From an uncultured Actinomycetes bacterium (lineage in GTDB: Bacteria; Actinomycetota; Thermoleophilia; RBG-16-64-13): a stretch of DNA of 64,000 bases. Location: NCBI GenBank assembly GCA_963816155.1, contig CAWFJE010000011.1, forward strand, positions 303,373-367,372, given 5' to 3'. The notes beneath the pieces are model-generated. The model did no database searches. It saw nothing but the letters and a program-made list of their open reading frames with translations, and was not told the DNA's origin. Position numbers and translations under genes: made by a program. Positions 1 to 10,989 of this stretch are shown here, one piece after another. Positions within the stretch are counted from its first letter, which is position 1. Each line of letters begins with the position of its first letter.

Positions 1-46
1 CCAAAGCGATGCTATGTTTTGGGACAGATCGGAGGGAAATGAAGTA

Positions 47-1261
47 ATGATCTACTTTCTTGCAGGATCTCTCACCGGTCATGGTGGCGGTAGCATAGCG
101 GGAGCGGATATCCTGGAAAACATGTTGGCACCCGGCCGACAGATCTCCGTCGTGTGTCCTGACCAGTGCTGGCTACCGAAGGAGGTTGAAGGAGAGGCCG
201 TTGCGCCGCCACGGTGGCTGGTTCCACCGCCGACAATCCGTCCCTTATATTTGAATCTGTCTCCAAGGGCCCTGGCCAGACGCACGATCGCGCGCGGGCG
301 AGGCCTGATTCTGCGTCCACGCGTGGAGCGCGCACTCCGTCAACTGCCGCCCAAGTTGGTTATCCACAACGGATTCCCAGTCCCCTATTCGTTCAACAAC
401 GAATCGCTGGATCGGTTTCCTAATCGACTAATCGTGGTTCATTCGGCCCCTGAACAAGTCGAGTTCTTTCGAATGAGTGGACCCCGCCTACCGTGGCCGC
501 TTGGCTCACTTGAATGGGTCTCCGAAAGACTGCGTCTGGTGGAGAATCTTGCCTTCGTTACCCCTCAGATACGGGACGCATGGTCCGACGTTGCTCGCTT
601 GACCCACGCAAGGAGTTTCGTCATACCCAACACCACCAGAGAGAACGAAGCCTTGCGGATTCGCCAGTTGAGTCGCGGTCGACTGAGGCAAACACTCGGC
701 CTTCCACAAGACGCCTTCATCGTGAGTTGCGTGGGCAAGGTGGATCCTGCAAAGGGTCAGGACATCCTCGTGGCGGCACTTCCCAGAATGGTCGAGGCCG
801 CGGCGAACCTTCACGTTGTGTTTGTCGGAGGCGTGACTCGATTTGCCGAACGCCTGCCAAACGAGGTGGAGGCGTTAGGTCTCCACGACCAGGTCACTTT
901 TGTCGGCGTTCGCGACGACCCATATTCCTTCATCCGTGCCTCAGACCTGCTCATTCACCCATCGCGTGCCGAGGGCCAAGGCTTGATCTTGCTGGAGGCC
1001 ATGATTCTCAGGACACCGGTTCTGGCGACCGACGTGGGCGGGATCCCCTTCGCGATCCAGCACGGTGAGACGGGCTGGCTCGTTCCACCCGAGAACCCCG
1101 GGGCACTTGCCGATGCATTCCAGAGACTGGCGAGCGATCCCTCGCTGAGGGAACGTCTGGTAATCGGTGGTGAGACTCGATACTGGGAGACCTTCTCCCG
1201 AAAGCGCCACCGCGAACGCATTCAGTCCATGATCGAGACCTGCCTTGTACCCGTCGCCTGA
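47..1261 (+). CDS. GT4-family (GT-B, Glycos_transf_1) glycosyltransferase
   Basis: ORF 14..1261. The C-terminal 'IRASDLLIHPSRAEGQGLILLEAMILRTPVLATDVGGIPFAIQHGETGWLV' is the classic retaining-GT4 E-x7-E region. The ATG at 47 (MIYFLAGSL) follows GGAGGG by ~10 nt and aligns with the start of the downstream paralog. Confidence 0.8.
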   Translation: MIYFLAGSLTGHGGGSIAGADILENMLAPGRQISVVCPDQCWLPKEVEGEAVAPPRWLVPPPTIRPLYLNLSPRALARRTIARGRGLILRPRVERALRQLPPKLVIHNGFPVPYSFNNESLDRFPNRLIVVHSAPEQVEFFRMSGPRLPWPLGSLEWVSERLRLVENLAFVTPQIRDAWSDVARLTHARSFVIPNTTRENEALRIRQLSRGRLRQTLGLPQDAFIVSCVGKVDPAKGQDILVAALPRMVEAAANLHVVFVGGVTRFAERLPNEVEALGLHDQVTFVGVRDDPYSFIRASDLLIHPSRAEGQGLILLEAMILRTPVLATDVGGIPFAIQHGETGWLVPPENPGALADAFQRLASDPSLRERLVIGGETRYWETFSRKRHRERIQSMIETCLVPVA

Positions 1262-1479
1262 GCAACGGGGCTGCACCAATGGGGATGGGAGAGTCTTTGC
1301 TCAAGTGTCCTCGGAGCCGTAGCGAAGGAGCAGACAAGCCAAGAGCGCCGCGGGTTGGCCGTGAAGCGCGGTCTGGAAGGGTCGGTTTGTAGTCTGATGG
1401 TTGATCCCCGGCTGACCACGCCGAAACGAACACCTCCCATGCACGCGCTGTTTCTTGACCCAGTTGGGCAGGTGGGCGC

Positions 1480-2676
1480 GTGATCTACTATCTCTCGTTC
1501 TCTCTCCTGGGCTCCACAGGTGGCAGCAGGGCTGGGGCCGACGTTCTGCGAAGCCTGGTGGCCCCTCGTTGGCAGACAACCGTTGTCTGCAAGCACCGCA
1601 TCGACCTGCCACGCGAGGTTGACGGCCAGCCCGTGCCGGAGACTCGTTGGTTGATCCCGCCTTCCCCGTCCGAAGAAAAGCACCACCCTGCTGGGTCGAG
1701 TCCACGCGCTCTGCGAGCGCGTGTATCACGCCCGGCAAGAGACCGCAAGACTACGGCTGCTTGAAGAGGCTCTGAACGCTCGACCCCCTGCTCTAGTGAT
1801 CCACAACGGCTTCCCGGAAAAGAGGGACGGTCACAACTGGGGTTCTCGAATCCGCCCCGAAGAAGCTGGTCATCGTCCATTCGACTCCTGAGGCCCTGGA
1901 CTACTTCCGAGCGACAGGATCCAGCCTCACGCGCGAATGGGTCGGAGAGCATTTGCGGAATGCTGACGCCCTCATGTTCGTTTCGCCCCAACTCCGAGAC
2001 GAATGGGCCGAGGTGGCTGAACTCCGTAGCGATCGGCTATTCGTGATTCCCAATACGTGTCGCGAGAGTGAGGCCCGGGAGGCGAACTCGTTTGACAGGA
2101 GCAGCGTGCGTCAACAACTGGGTCTTCCCGAGGACGCTTTCATCGTTTGCTGTGTGGGAAGGGTGGAGCCCTGCAAGGGCCAAGACCTGCTGCTCGCCGC
2201 CCTGCCCGAGTTGGCAAGAGGCTTCCGGCCCTGTATGTCGTCTTCGTCGGGGGGATTGCTTCGTTGTGTGAGTGCCTGCCAGCTCGGGTTGGAGCGATGG
2301 GCCTGGAGATCGTGTGTTGTTCGCGGGCGCCCGCCAGAACCCTTATTCCTACATCCGCGCTTCAGATCTGCTCATTCATCCGTCTCGCACCGAGGGCCAG
2401 GGAATGGTCGTGCTCGAGGCCATGATACTCAACACGCCCGTTGTCGCCACTTCAGTGGGAGGTGTCCCGACGATGATTGAACATGGGGTATCAGGCTGGT
2501 CGATACCTCGAGATGACGTACAAGCGCTGACCCACGCGCTTGACACCCTGAGCGATCCACCCGCACTCAGAGAACAGTTTGCGCAAGCGGCCGCAACGAC
2601 GTACTGGCAGCACTTCTCAAGCCTCAGACACCGTGAACAAATACAGTCGATGGTAGCTTCCTGCATCGATGGATGA
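1480..2676 (+). pseudogene. Decayed tandem paralog of the upstream GT4 glycosyltransferase
   Basis: Pieces in different frames (1480..1764, 1953..2480, 2147..2425, 2272..2676) are collinear with the 47..1261 protein (MIYYLSFSLLGSTGGSRAGADVL / LFVIPNTCRESEA / LYVVFVGG / IRASDLLIHPSRTEGQGMVVLEAMILNTPVVATSVGG). At least 4 frame changes are needed. Confidence 0.75.
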
Positions 2677-2838
2677 ACCCCACGTTGTAGTTCTCTCATT
2701 CGCGTCACAGGCACACCACCGCGGCCCCACAAGAGCCATGATGGGCCAGGAACGATCTCACGGCGCGTGCGATAACGGCCTCACGCGTTCTTCTTGCAGT
2801 CTCACAGAAGACGCGGCTACGGAAAGGAAGCGGCCAGC

Positions 2839-3973
2839 ATGAACAATCAAGTGCGCGTAGGTATCGTGGTTCATCGATTCGAGTGTCTGGGGGGGAGACA
2901 AACCTGCTTCATCGAACTCGTGGCCGGTCTGAACGAGATCGGCATAGTGCCGGAAGTCGTGTGGGATGAGCCTCAGAATTGGGAGGTGTTAGGCAATCCC
3001 AGCGTCGAGGCCACCTTTGGAGGCGCCCGACTCGGCGTCAGTTCGCGAACGCTTCGGAGACTGCCGACTCCACTCGCTGAACGCCTACGGGGGCTCAGCC
3101 TGCGCTTCGCCAAGCTCGATCTGCATCGCTACGATTTCGTCTTCTGTTTCGAGCCTGAGGCCCGGATGCCAAAGGGCATACGCAATCTCTGCTGGCTCAC
3201 TGGCCCCCTGCACCTACGGCTTCCGGGAGACCAAGTCGAATGGCGCAGATTGTACGAGCCAGAGCAGATCCGGTTGCTTCTTCGGCACGCCTCGGCGCCG
3301 CTCCAGAGGGCCGACAAGAACTCTCGCTATGTCACCCACAGCGACTGGATCGCCGATCTCTTCCAGCATCGCTTTGGTTTCAGGCCGCCAGTGATCTGGC
3401 CCCCCGCTCGCGAGCGAACCCTTCCCCAATCTCCCCCCGACAGGTCGGGCTTTCTCTTCTTGTCCCGCATCGTTGAATACAAGTGTGCGCACAGCATGCT
3501 GACTCTGGCCAAAGCCTTCCCTCACCAGAACATCACCATCTCGGGTGTTGTCGTCGGCAATGACCCCTACGTCGACGACATGCGCCGCCGGATTCGAGAC
3601 GAGCAGATCACGAATGTGCAGATAGTTGAGAACCCCTCCGAATCCGAAGTGGCCACTCTTCTGACCACGCACGAGTCGTTCGTATTCCCGGCCCCGTGGG
3701 AGCATTTTGGCATCGTGACAGTTGAGGCCATCCAGGCCGGATTGATTCCGTTGGTGCACGACACGGGCGGGCAGCGAGAGATAGTGCCGTTCGAGTTCCT
3801 CCGCTTCCTTGAGGACGAAGAACTGGTCGAGCGGGCGCGTGGCATCCTTGGCATGTCTCCGGATGCCAAGGCGGAACTCTATTCGCAGCCTACAACGACA
3901 CGCTTTGCGAGGTTCTGCCCAGCATTACCGGGCCGAGATGCTGCGAGAGGTCAAGGAGATGCAGGAGCCGTAG
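2839..3973 (+). pseudogene. GT4-family glycosyltransferase with frameshifted 3' end
   Basis: ATG at 2839 after GGAAAGGAAG. 'FVFPAPWEHFGIVTVEAIQAGLIPLVHDTGGQREIV' is a GT4 motif. Near ~3915 the plausible C-terminus (..AQHYRAEMLREVKEMQEP*, stop 3971-3973) lies in the +1 frame, while the tracked ORF reads through to 4176 into the convergent gene. Confidence 0.55.
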
Positions 3974-3997
3974 CTTTCGGCCTGCAGGGTTCTTCCC

Positions 3998-5299
3998 TCA
4001 ATCCGTCCGCGGGCCACAGCGGCGCAGGTAGACCACGTTCTCCCAGCTCACGTGCGCCTGCTGCGACGCCCAGGTGCGAAGCTTCTGACGAGCTTCTTCA
4101 GCCCCCTCCAGATGAAGCAGCAATTGCCGTCCGATGCCCGTCGCCGCCTCTCCTAGGCGCAGGGCATCATATGTGACCGCCGGCAGTCCAGCCATTTCCA
4201 CCAGTGCTTGCATCTTGAAGGTCTTGGCCGATAACGGCACGACTGGTGTTCCACCCCTCAGTGCAAATATACTCGGCTGCCACCGTCCACCTATGTAGGC
4301 ATCCGCGTTGCCCAAGATATCCACGGCCTGCTGCACCGGAGTGTCTAGGGCGATCAGAGGGAGGGACAACCTTTCGGCCAATGGGCGAAAGATCGCATTC
4401 TCAATCCGGTCAGAGACCGTGAGAACTATCTGCCCCCCGTAGATCGACTGCAGGTGGCGGATGAGCAAGGCGTAGCTTTTTACTACTGACGCTCGGTGTT
4501 TCTCCAGACCGTAGATGGACGACCCACCGATACACAAGTAAGGTCTTGAACAATCGAGTTCCGCCTTATCAGGCCAGACATCGAAGTAGCCGAGGCGGTT
4601 CGCGATAGAGACCCAAGCACCCCGAGGTGCTGGCTCGAACCAGAAGGCCGTGTCTGCCGCGACCCTGCCCCGGCACATCCCCTGGCATCGCTCGCCGGAT
4701 ATCGAGTCGCGAAAGACGATGTCGTCGAGAAGTGGATAGACGTTCTGAACGATCTTCGATAACTCAGGATTGTCCAAGTCAGCGGTGTGGTTGGCCATGA
4801 CTGCGGGTTTGTTGAAGTGCTTCTTCGCGAGATACGCCACAAACAGCAGGGTCCGGGGATGAATGCCCATTCCTGTGATGGAGCCATCACCATGGATCAT
4901 CACCACATCTGCCTGCTCAAGAGCCGCCTGCAGAGCGGGCCAGATCGCTCTGCTCATCACCAACGCGCTCTGTCGCTCGAAGTCCTCCCACCTCTCAGGA
5001 ACGAACCGGTATTCCTGCGACCTGTCTACGCGCGATCCGAGAAGCTTACGCCTCAGATCAAGCAGTCCAGGAGGCAGCATCTGCTTGGCGAGGCTTCTCG
5101 CAGGTCGCCCAACTGGTTCCTCCCGAGATGGGGAAGGCGAATCGAGAGAGGACCGGAACACCTGCTCCTCATAGATCGAGTAGACAACACTTGCCCCATG
5201 GGCAGTGATCATGTGTCGCATCGACATGGCGGAAGCGCGGTCGCCCCAGTTTGGGTTCGATGTTGAATCATTGACGAACAGGACCTTCGTTCCAGCCAT
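3998..5299 (-). CDS. Polysaccharide pyruvyl transferase family protein (WcaK/CsaB-like)
   Basis: 'KVLFVNDSTSNPNWGDRASAMSM' near the N-terminus and 'ADAYIGGRWQPSIFALRGGTPVVPLSAKTFKMQALVEMAGLP' near the C-terminus resemble the PS_pyruv_trans family as I recall it. The likely start is the ATG at 5299 (MAGTKVLFV) after GGGAGGCGGAGG. The tracked ORF extends to 5368. Confidence 0.6.
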   Translation of the reverse strand: MAGTKVLFVNDSTSNPNWGDRASAMSMRHMITAHGASVVYSIYEEQVFRSSLDSPSPSREEPVGRPARSLAKQMLPPGLLDLRRKLLGSRVDRSQEYRFVPERWEDFERQSALVMSRAIWPALQAALEQADVVMIHGDGSITGMGIHPRTLLFVAYLAKKHFNKPAVMANHTADLDNPELSKIVQNVYPLLDDIVFRDSISGERCQGMCRGRVAADTAFWFEPAPRGAWVSIANRLGYFDVWPDKAELDCSRPYLCIGGSSIYGLEKHRASVVKSYALLIRHLQSIYGGQIVLTVSDRIENAIFRPLAERLSLPLIALDTPVQQAVDILGNADAYIGGRWQPSIFALRGGTPVVPLSAKTFKMQALVEMAGLPAVTYDALRLGEAATGIGRQLLLHLEGAEEARQKLRTWASQQAHVSWENVVYLRRCGPRTD

Positions 5300-5364
5300 A
5301 GAACTGCCTCCGCCTCCCCTAGTTGGGGCCGCGCGGGTTTCCTGCGCTGATGTCGGGATCTCTC

Positions 5365-6811
5365 TCAAGCGAGCACCTGCCCAGCGGCAAGCTCGCGAAC
5401 ATGGTCAGCCAGTTGCTTGACGGAATCATGTCCGAAGTGACTGCAGAACCTCAGGACGTAATCCTCCGCTTCTGCCACCTTCTGTCGGCGGTACAATTGG
5501 TCGTGCGCCATGGTAGCCAGGGCACGCGTCAATTCCTCCGCCGTGCGGCAATGCGGGGAACCAGCCAGCTGGACCAGGTCCCAGTTCTGCCCGTCTAGGT
5601 CCGCATCGACATGAAGCACCACCACTGGCCGACGCTTCACGAGGGCATCGCTTCCAAAACCACTCGCACTCACAACCACTACATCGGAGGCCGCGAGCGA
5701 CTCGTCCACCGTCATCTCCGAGTTCAACGCAAACCGAATGTCCGGATGTTCTGAGGCGATTGAGCTATAGGTAGAAAGGCTCTCGGATGGATGGGAGTCT
5801 TATCAACCCCGCCACCCCCTCCACTTTGCCGATCGCATCACAGAACATGCGTACGTGCTCGAACCGGTGGAACTCCGTCGACGTGGCGTACATGACAAGC
5901 GGCCGACACTGGTCGAATCCAAACTTCGCCTTCACGCTCTCACCGGAGACCGAGAAATCTCTCGTGAGCCGGGGACAACCGGCGATCAGTATCTTGTCCA
6001 AGGGTTCTCCCGCCTCGAGAAGCTTACGCCGGTCGATTTCGCCCCAGCAGAGGATCCGATCGGCCAGTACAGGTGAGAAGGTCAATGCGTCCTGCCTGAT
6101 GGCGCCGTGAACCAGAGTCACCGAGGGGATTTGGAGGTGGCGCGCTGCCAGCACGAGGCAGGACCACAGATTGTTGCGGTCATATTCGGTGAGTACGACT
6201 GATGGTCTGGCGAGTCTCAGGAATTCCAGCGCACCGGCCAGCCGCTGGCTGGCAATGAGAAGATGATGACGTAGCAACTGAAAGGAACCATCTGGAAGGG
6301 CACACTCCCGGCACAGCTCCCGCAACCGTTTCCGCCAGCCTGGCCAACACCGGCTGTACGCAGTTCTCCACTCGGCAATGTTGACTGGATTGAGTGCCTC
6401 CGCACCCACTGTCGGAAAGCCAGCCGGCAGGCGTGCGACCACCTCGGCGTCGCCATGAATGACGGCACAGTTACCTAGGCCCAGTTCGCGGATGGTCGGC
6501 AAGAGCAGTTCGTCGTAGCGCGGAGTAGCTTGGTACCAAGTAACGAGAATACGGCCGGATGGGATCCCGGGCTGGTTCCCAAAGCTCTGAAGAGGACGCA
6601 ACCAGTACCTCAGATTCCTCGCCCTGTTCTTCCATTCCGCCCTCAGCCGCCAGTCTCCCCATCCATCGACGAACTCGATCTGCAGGGAATCGTTCAGGCA
6701 GGCCCCCAGGGGTACTCCCATGAAGAGCGGCTCAGACAGTCGGTCCTCGATGGTGCGAAAGACCGAGGCCGAAATGCTGGACGTAAGTATCCTCCTGGGC
6801 AAACTACTCAA
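5365..6811 (-). pseudogene. GT-B-fold surface-carbohydrate biosynthesis protein (capsule/TagF/epimerase-like), split by one frameshift
   Basis: ORFs 5765..6811 and 5365..5727 join if the frame changes near ~5790 (..VAGLIRL | HPSESLSTYSSIASEHPDIRFALNSEMTVDESLAASDVVVVSASGFGSDAL). 'IPSVTLVHGAIRQD' and 'HPSE' are typical GT-B/capsule-synthesis motifs. The exact family is unresolved. Confidence 0.5.
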
Positions 6812-6832
6812 CTCTCTCCGGCGACGGCCCCA

Positions 6833-8104
6833 TCAAGAACCCGCCGTCGTCGCGACTTCGCGGATCAATCCGGTGTCGATGAGGACATCGATAACACCGT
6901 ACAGGTCTGCAGCCGGGACACCGATGATGTCGCTGATGCCCACGAGGTCGTTACTTCCATCGGCGTATGCCAGTACGTCCATCATCGTCTTGACATCCGC
7001 ACGCAGGCCCCGCGTGCTCAGCGTGGGATAGAGATTCCGACCGCTGAGAAAGGGTTCACCGATGCATGTAGCCTGGTAGACCCTGTTCCTGTCCAGCAAT
7101 CGGAGGCAATCTCTCAAGACTTCGAAACTACCCCGAAGACCCGCGGGGCTGACCAAGTCCATATCGTCCAGAGAAGTGTGGTAGCCGGGGTATGTTCCGT
7201 ACTCGGAGCGCATCACCGAGACGACCGGCAGCTCGACTCCGGGGCTGCAATACTGACGCTCGTCGCTCCCACGATCCAGAAACGAGTAGCGGATGAACTC
7301 CGGCTGCTGGCTCTTCAGAATGTTGAGTGCGACTCTGTCCGCCAGACTCGTGCCATAGCGTGAAGCAAGGTACGAGAAAGGACCGTTGTCGCCGACGCAC
7401 GTCACGACAAAGCCCGCGACTACGCGCTGCTTCAGATGTTCCAGGTTGAGGCTGAGGTAGGTCAAGGCTCCGATCGTCTCCGGCGCGATGACGATCCTGT
7501 AGCTCAGCCGCCGCGGCTGCGACAAGATCCATTTTGCCAGCCAAGTGGTGACCACGGGACCTGACAGTTCGTTGTTCGCCATCGACGGATGGCAGATGTA
7601 GGTGGAGAGGAGCACTTCATCGTCCGATTCGCCGGGGATCAACAGGTCGCCGTACGTCAGCGAACCGTCCCGCAGGTCGCTGTCAATCACCACTCGGTAG
7701 AGACCGTCCCCAAGATGGAGGCGCTGCCGGTGCGACAGGCAGAATCCCCAACGCTCTTCGTAGTATGACGTCACGTACGGGATCGCATCGGGCTGATCGG
7801 GAATGGAGTGCAGATGCTCCTGAAGCTCAGCAAAGGAAACCGTCATGTCGACGGGAACCGAATAGCCCACCACGTGCAGGTTGTTGTCGGCAAAATCGAC
7901 TATCTTCCGGCCTTCGGGGTCGAGGATGTAGGCCCCTCGTATGTTCCACTCTCTTGGCACAGTCCAGTCGAAGACCCGGGTGCCCGAGGGCACTTCGTGT
8001 ATGGCCAACGGGATGTGCTCTTGGAGCACGGCCAACGACGTGCGCACACCTTCTCCCGTGATGCTGCGACAGACGGGAAGCAGCCGCTCGACCAGCTTGT
8101 GCAT
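6833..8104 (-). CDS. Aminopeptidase-like domain protein (DUF4910/DUF2172-type) common in glycan clusters
   Basis: 'MHKLVERLLPVCRSITGEGVRTSLAVLQEHIPLAIHEVPSGTRVFDWTVPREWNIRGAYI' matches my memory of this family. The ORF is tracked to 8182. The internal ATG at 8104 avoids overlap with the upstream gene, whose stop is at 8121. Confidence 0.6.
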   Translation of the reverse strand: MHKLVERLLPVCRSITGEGVRTSLAVLQEHIPLAIHEVPSGTRVFDWTVPREWNIRGAYILDPEGRKIVDFADNNLHVVGYSVPVDMTVSFAELQEHLHSIPDQPDAIPYVTSYYEERWGFCLSHRQRLHLGDGLYRVVIDSDLRDGSLTYGDLLIPGESDDEVLLSTYICHPSMANNELSGPVVTTWLAKWILSQPRRLSYRIVIAPETIGALTYLSLNLEHLKQRVVAGFVVTCVGDNGPFSYLASRYGTSLADRVALNILKSQQPEFIRYSFLDRGSDERQYCSPGVELPVVSVMRSEYGTYPGYHTSLDDMDLVSPAGLRGSFEVLRDCLRLLDRNRVYQATCIGEPFLSGRNLYPTLSTRGLRADVKTMMDVLAYADGSNDLVGISDIIGVPAADLYGVIDVLIDTGLIREVATTAGS

Positions 8105-8120
8105 GGCTGCCGGTTCCGGA

Positions 8121-9542
8121 TCAGATCCGTCGATCATGTGCGTCTTTCTGTGCCTGTCGATAGTCTTCAAGTCTGCCGACATCCTGCCAGTACTCGATTA
8201 TGGGAAAGCTGACAACGATTCGCCCTGCGTCCAGCAAGGCTCTGATCAGATCGGTCATATCAAACCGCTCGCCCTCAGGGATGAGGTCATAGGCCGTCGG
8301 TTCGATAAGGTACACCCCAGCGTTGATGAGGACGGTCAGCACAGGCTTCTCCCGCAGCCGTGTGACACGGACATCCTCGCAATCGATCACCCCAAATGGG
8401 ACGCTCATTTCGTGCTTTCTCACCCCCACGGTCATCTCCGCGCCGTGAGTCCGGTGGTAGGCAAGCATGTCCTGAAAGGACACGCCGGTAAGGACGTCAC
8501 CGTTAAGCACCAGGAGAGGCGACTGCGGACGCTCGAGGAGCCTCAGCGCCCCGGCCGTTCCCAACGGCTGGTCCTCTTCGGTGTAGTCGATGTGGACCCC
8601 GAACTCCTCGCCATCGCCGAAATGCTGGCGGATAGTTTCCGAGAGGTAGTGAGTGGTCAGGCTGATCTCGCGGATACCCGACCTGCGCAGGTGCCGGACG
8701 GTCCGCTCGAGAAGCGGCCGATCCCCTACCGGGAGCATGGGCTTTGGAGTCAGAGCCGTCAGCGGCATCATGCGCTTTCCGTAACCGCCCGCCATGATGA
8801 CTGCTGCCACATCCACGCGGGAATCGTCGATGAGATCCCTACGCAGTATGAAGTCCACCAGTTGCCCGACCGCGTTCACCACCGGTAGGTGATTGATGTC
8901 GCGAGAAACCATGAGGCGCAACGCGTCGGCTGCCGAAACGGGCGCGCGCGCAGTCACCGGGTGAGGCACCGCGAGCGTCGTGCAGGGTTCATCCAAGGGC
9001 GCTCCCTTGAGGATAGCGCGACGAATATCGCCATCGGTGAGAAGGCCTAGGAGCTCTCTGTCGGGCCCGCAGAGGACGATTCCTCCGGTACCCGCTGCAT
9101 CCAGGTGAGCGATTGCCTCGGTGATGGTGGCGTCAGGTGCCAGAATCACGCTCTCCAAGCGCTTCTGTGCGGCAAGACGGAGCGAATCCTCGGTTATCAG
9201 ATCGCGCCTCAGCAAAAAGTCGTGAAGCTTCCCGCGGCCGTCAACAACTGGAAGATGGTTGATGTCGTGCCGCATCATCAGCAGCAGGGCATCGCCGGAC
9301 GACATCGACCCACGGGCGACGATCGGATCTTTGTTGGCGATCGCGCCACAGGAACCACTGAGCGAGACACCACGAAGAACAGCTCGGCGCACATCGCCAT
9401 CGGTCAAGAGGCCCACCATCGCCTCGGCTCCGTCGCAGACCACCAGGGCTCCGGTTCCCGCTCGATCCATGCGCTCGAGGGCCTCTGCCAATGGGGCCTC
9501 AGCTTGGATCGTGACGTCCTGGATGCGGCTCTTCTCGCTCAT
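8121..9542 (-). CDS. CBS-domain (two pairs) sugar-phosphate nucleotidyltransferase
   Basis: The N-terminal half has repeated CBS-like segments (..LTDGDVRRAVL.., ..INHLPVVD.. twice). The C-terminal half has 'AAVIMAGGYGKRMMPLT..PKPMLPVGDRPLLE', the NTP_transferase G-x-G-x-R signature. Confidence 0.75.
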   Translation of the reverse strand: MSEKSRIQDVTIQAEAPLAEALERMDRAGTGALVVCDGAEAMVGLLTDGDVRRAVLRGVSLSGSCGAIANKDPIVARGSMSSGDALLLMMRHDINHLPVVDGRGKLHDFLLRRDLITEDSLRLAAQKRLESVILAPDATITEAIAHLDAAGTGGIVLCGPDRELLGLLTDGDIRRAILKGAPLDEPCTTLAVPHPVTARAPVSAADALRLMVSRDINHLPVVNAVGQLVDFILRRDLIDDSRVDVAAVIMAGGYGKRMMPLTALTPKPMLPVGDRPLLERTVRHLRRSGIREISLTTHYLSETIRQHFGDGEEFGVHIDYTEEDQPLGTAGALRLLERPQSPLLVLNGDVLTGVSFQDMLAYHRTHGAEMTVGVRKHEMSVPFGVIDCEDVRVTRLREKPVLTVLINAGVYLIEPTAYDLIPEGERFDMTDLIRALLDAGRIVVSFPIIEYWQDVGRLEDYRQAQKDAHDRRI

Positions 9543-9554
9543 GTAGAACCTCTC

Positions 9555-10979
9555 TCAGCCTGCCGCGATCTTCGCGGCAGCGGGCTCATTCCAGTGCTTG
9601 GTGTTCACGGCACCTGTGCGTGGATCCATAGTGACCACGGTCCCGATCCCGAAAGCGTTGTTGGCCGCGATTCCGATGGTCTCGAGGGCCCGCAAAGGGA
9701 ACGTCTCCTCATCCAATACGTACTGCCACCGCTTGAAGGGCTCGTCCATGTCGAGATTGTCATGGTGATAGGTACCTGTGACCGTCTTGAGGGCCAGCCA
9801 CGGTTGAGGACCGAATGTGGGCACGTCTGATGAGATTCGCAGGACATGCCGCAGGCCGTCAAGCTCCTCAAGGGTGAGAGCCAGGCGGCAAGGCGTTTGC
9901 GGGCTCAGCCTCAGAGCCGCTCTCATCGCCTCAACCGCCTCCGAGTACTTGAAGCGAGTCGCAGGGAAGTCTCTCGCAACCTTTCTGAGCAGGGTCCTGA
10001 CACCATCGACGTCGGTACGCAGGTCGCGAAAATCATGATTTGTTATCGCCAATACCACTGGCCTGCCCGCGGAAGCCTCCTCAAAAGCCGTGCGCACATC
10101 TGCTTCAGTGAGCAATCGATACCTTGTGCCCACATTGAGACAGCGCGCGATCCAGCGGCGGCACGTGCCCGGCACTTGGTAGTCATCGTGATCCGGACGG
10201 TATGGGGACCACGTTGCCGGCGCGCGGCGCCAATCGCCCCATCGTCCGGTGTCAAGACCTTGCTGAGAACGATCGTCAGGGCTTGGCACGACTGCCTGAT
10301 TCGCGAAATCGAATGGGATGTGCTGCTCGAGAAACCAGTGGCTATCCGGTCTGGTTACGTGAAAGCCCGGTCGGTTTGCCGCGGGAAACCACTGTCGATC
10401 GATCACACGTCGCGACAGGATCTGGTAAAGACTGTCGGAGGAGGCCCACCAATGGGTGGCGCAACGATGGGCCTCCCGCCCAAAGGAGTGAGGATGGTAA
10501 TGGAAGTGCACCCCGTCCTGGTCCGCTCCTTGCTCTTGCAGGACCTGGCGATAGTGGTCGAAGACGTTGTGAAAGCCTATGTCGCGACGTCGCGGATTGA
10601 CCTCATAGTCCACATGGTCGACGCAAAACCAGTTGTAGATCCAGCCACCGCCGGCTGAATCTAGGACTTGAGAACGGTATTCACACGAAAGGCACGAGGC
10701 AAGCAGGCTGTCTACGCGCTCCCAGGAGTCGTTGTAGGTCAGAAGATGAGGATCCAAAACTCTCTGCACGTGAGCCTCCAATCCCCCGAGGGGGACCTCG
10801 CCCGCCTGCAGTCTGCGAAGCAGGGCGGTGCTCGGCTCAAGCTCCAGCCCAAAGATGGTCTTCAGTCGTTCGAAGGTCGCCTGCACCGACTCGTGAAGTG
10901 GACCCTCTGTGTCCACACAATGGACAACGTATACGGTGCCAGACACGACGCCTACAGGTCCCGCTGGGAGCAGTTGCAC
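9555..10979 (-). CDS. Conserved-looking hypothetical protein of the glycan operon (possible carbohydrate esterase/deacetylase fold)
   Basis: Intact 474-aa ORF with ordinary amino-acid composition, packed 10-12 nt from both neighbours. No motif I can name. Confidence 0.45.
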   Translation of the reverse strand: MQLLPAGPVGVVSGTVYVVHCVDTEGPLHESVQATFERLKTIFGLELEPSTALLRRLQAGEVPLGGLEAHVQRVLDPHLLTYNDSWERVDSLLASCLSCEYRSQVLDSAGGGWIYNWFCVDHVDYEVNPRRRDIGFHNVFDHYRQVLQEQGADQDGVHFHYHPHSFGREAHRCATHWWASSDSLYQILSRRVIDRQWFPAANRPGFHVTRPDSHWFLEQHIPFDFANQAVVPSPDDRSQQGLDTGRWGDWRRAPATWSPYRPDHDDYQVPGTCRRWIARCLNVGTRYRLLTEADVRTAFEEASAGRPVVLAITNHDFRDLRTDVDGVRTLLRKVARDFPATRFKYSEAVEAMRAALRLSPQTPCRLALTLEELDGLRHVLRISSDVPTFGPQPWLALKTVTGTYHHDNLDMDEPFKRWQYVLDEETFPLRALETIGIAANNAFGIGTVVTMDPRTGAVNTKHWNEPAAAKIAAG

Positions 10980-10989
10980 AGCCCCTGGT

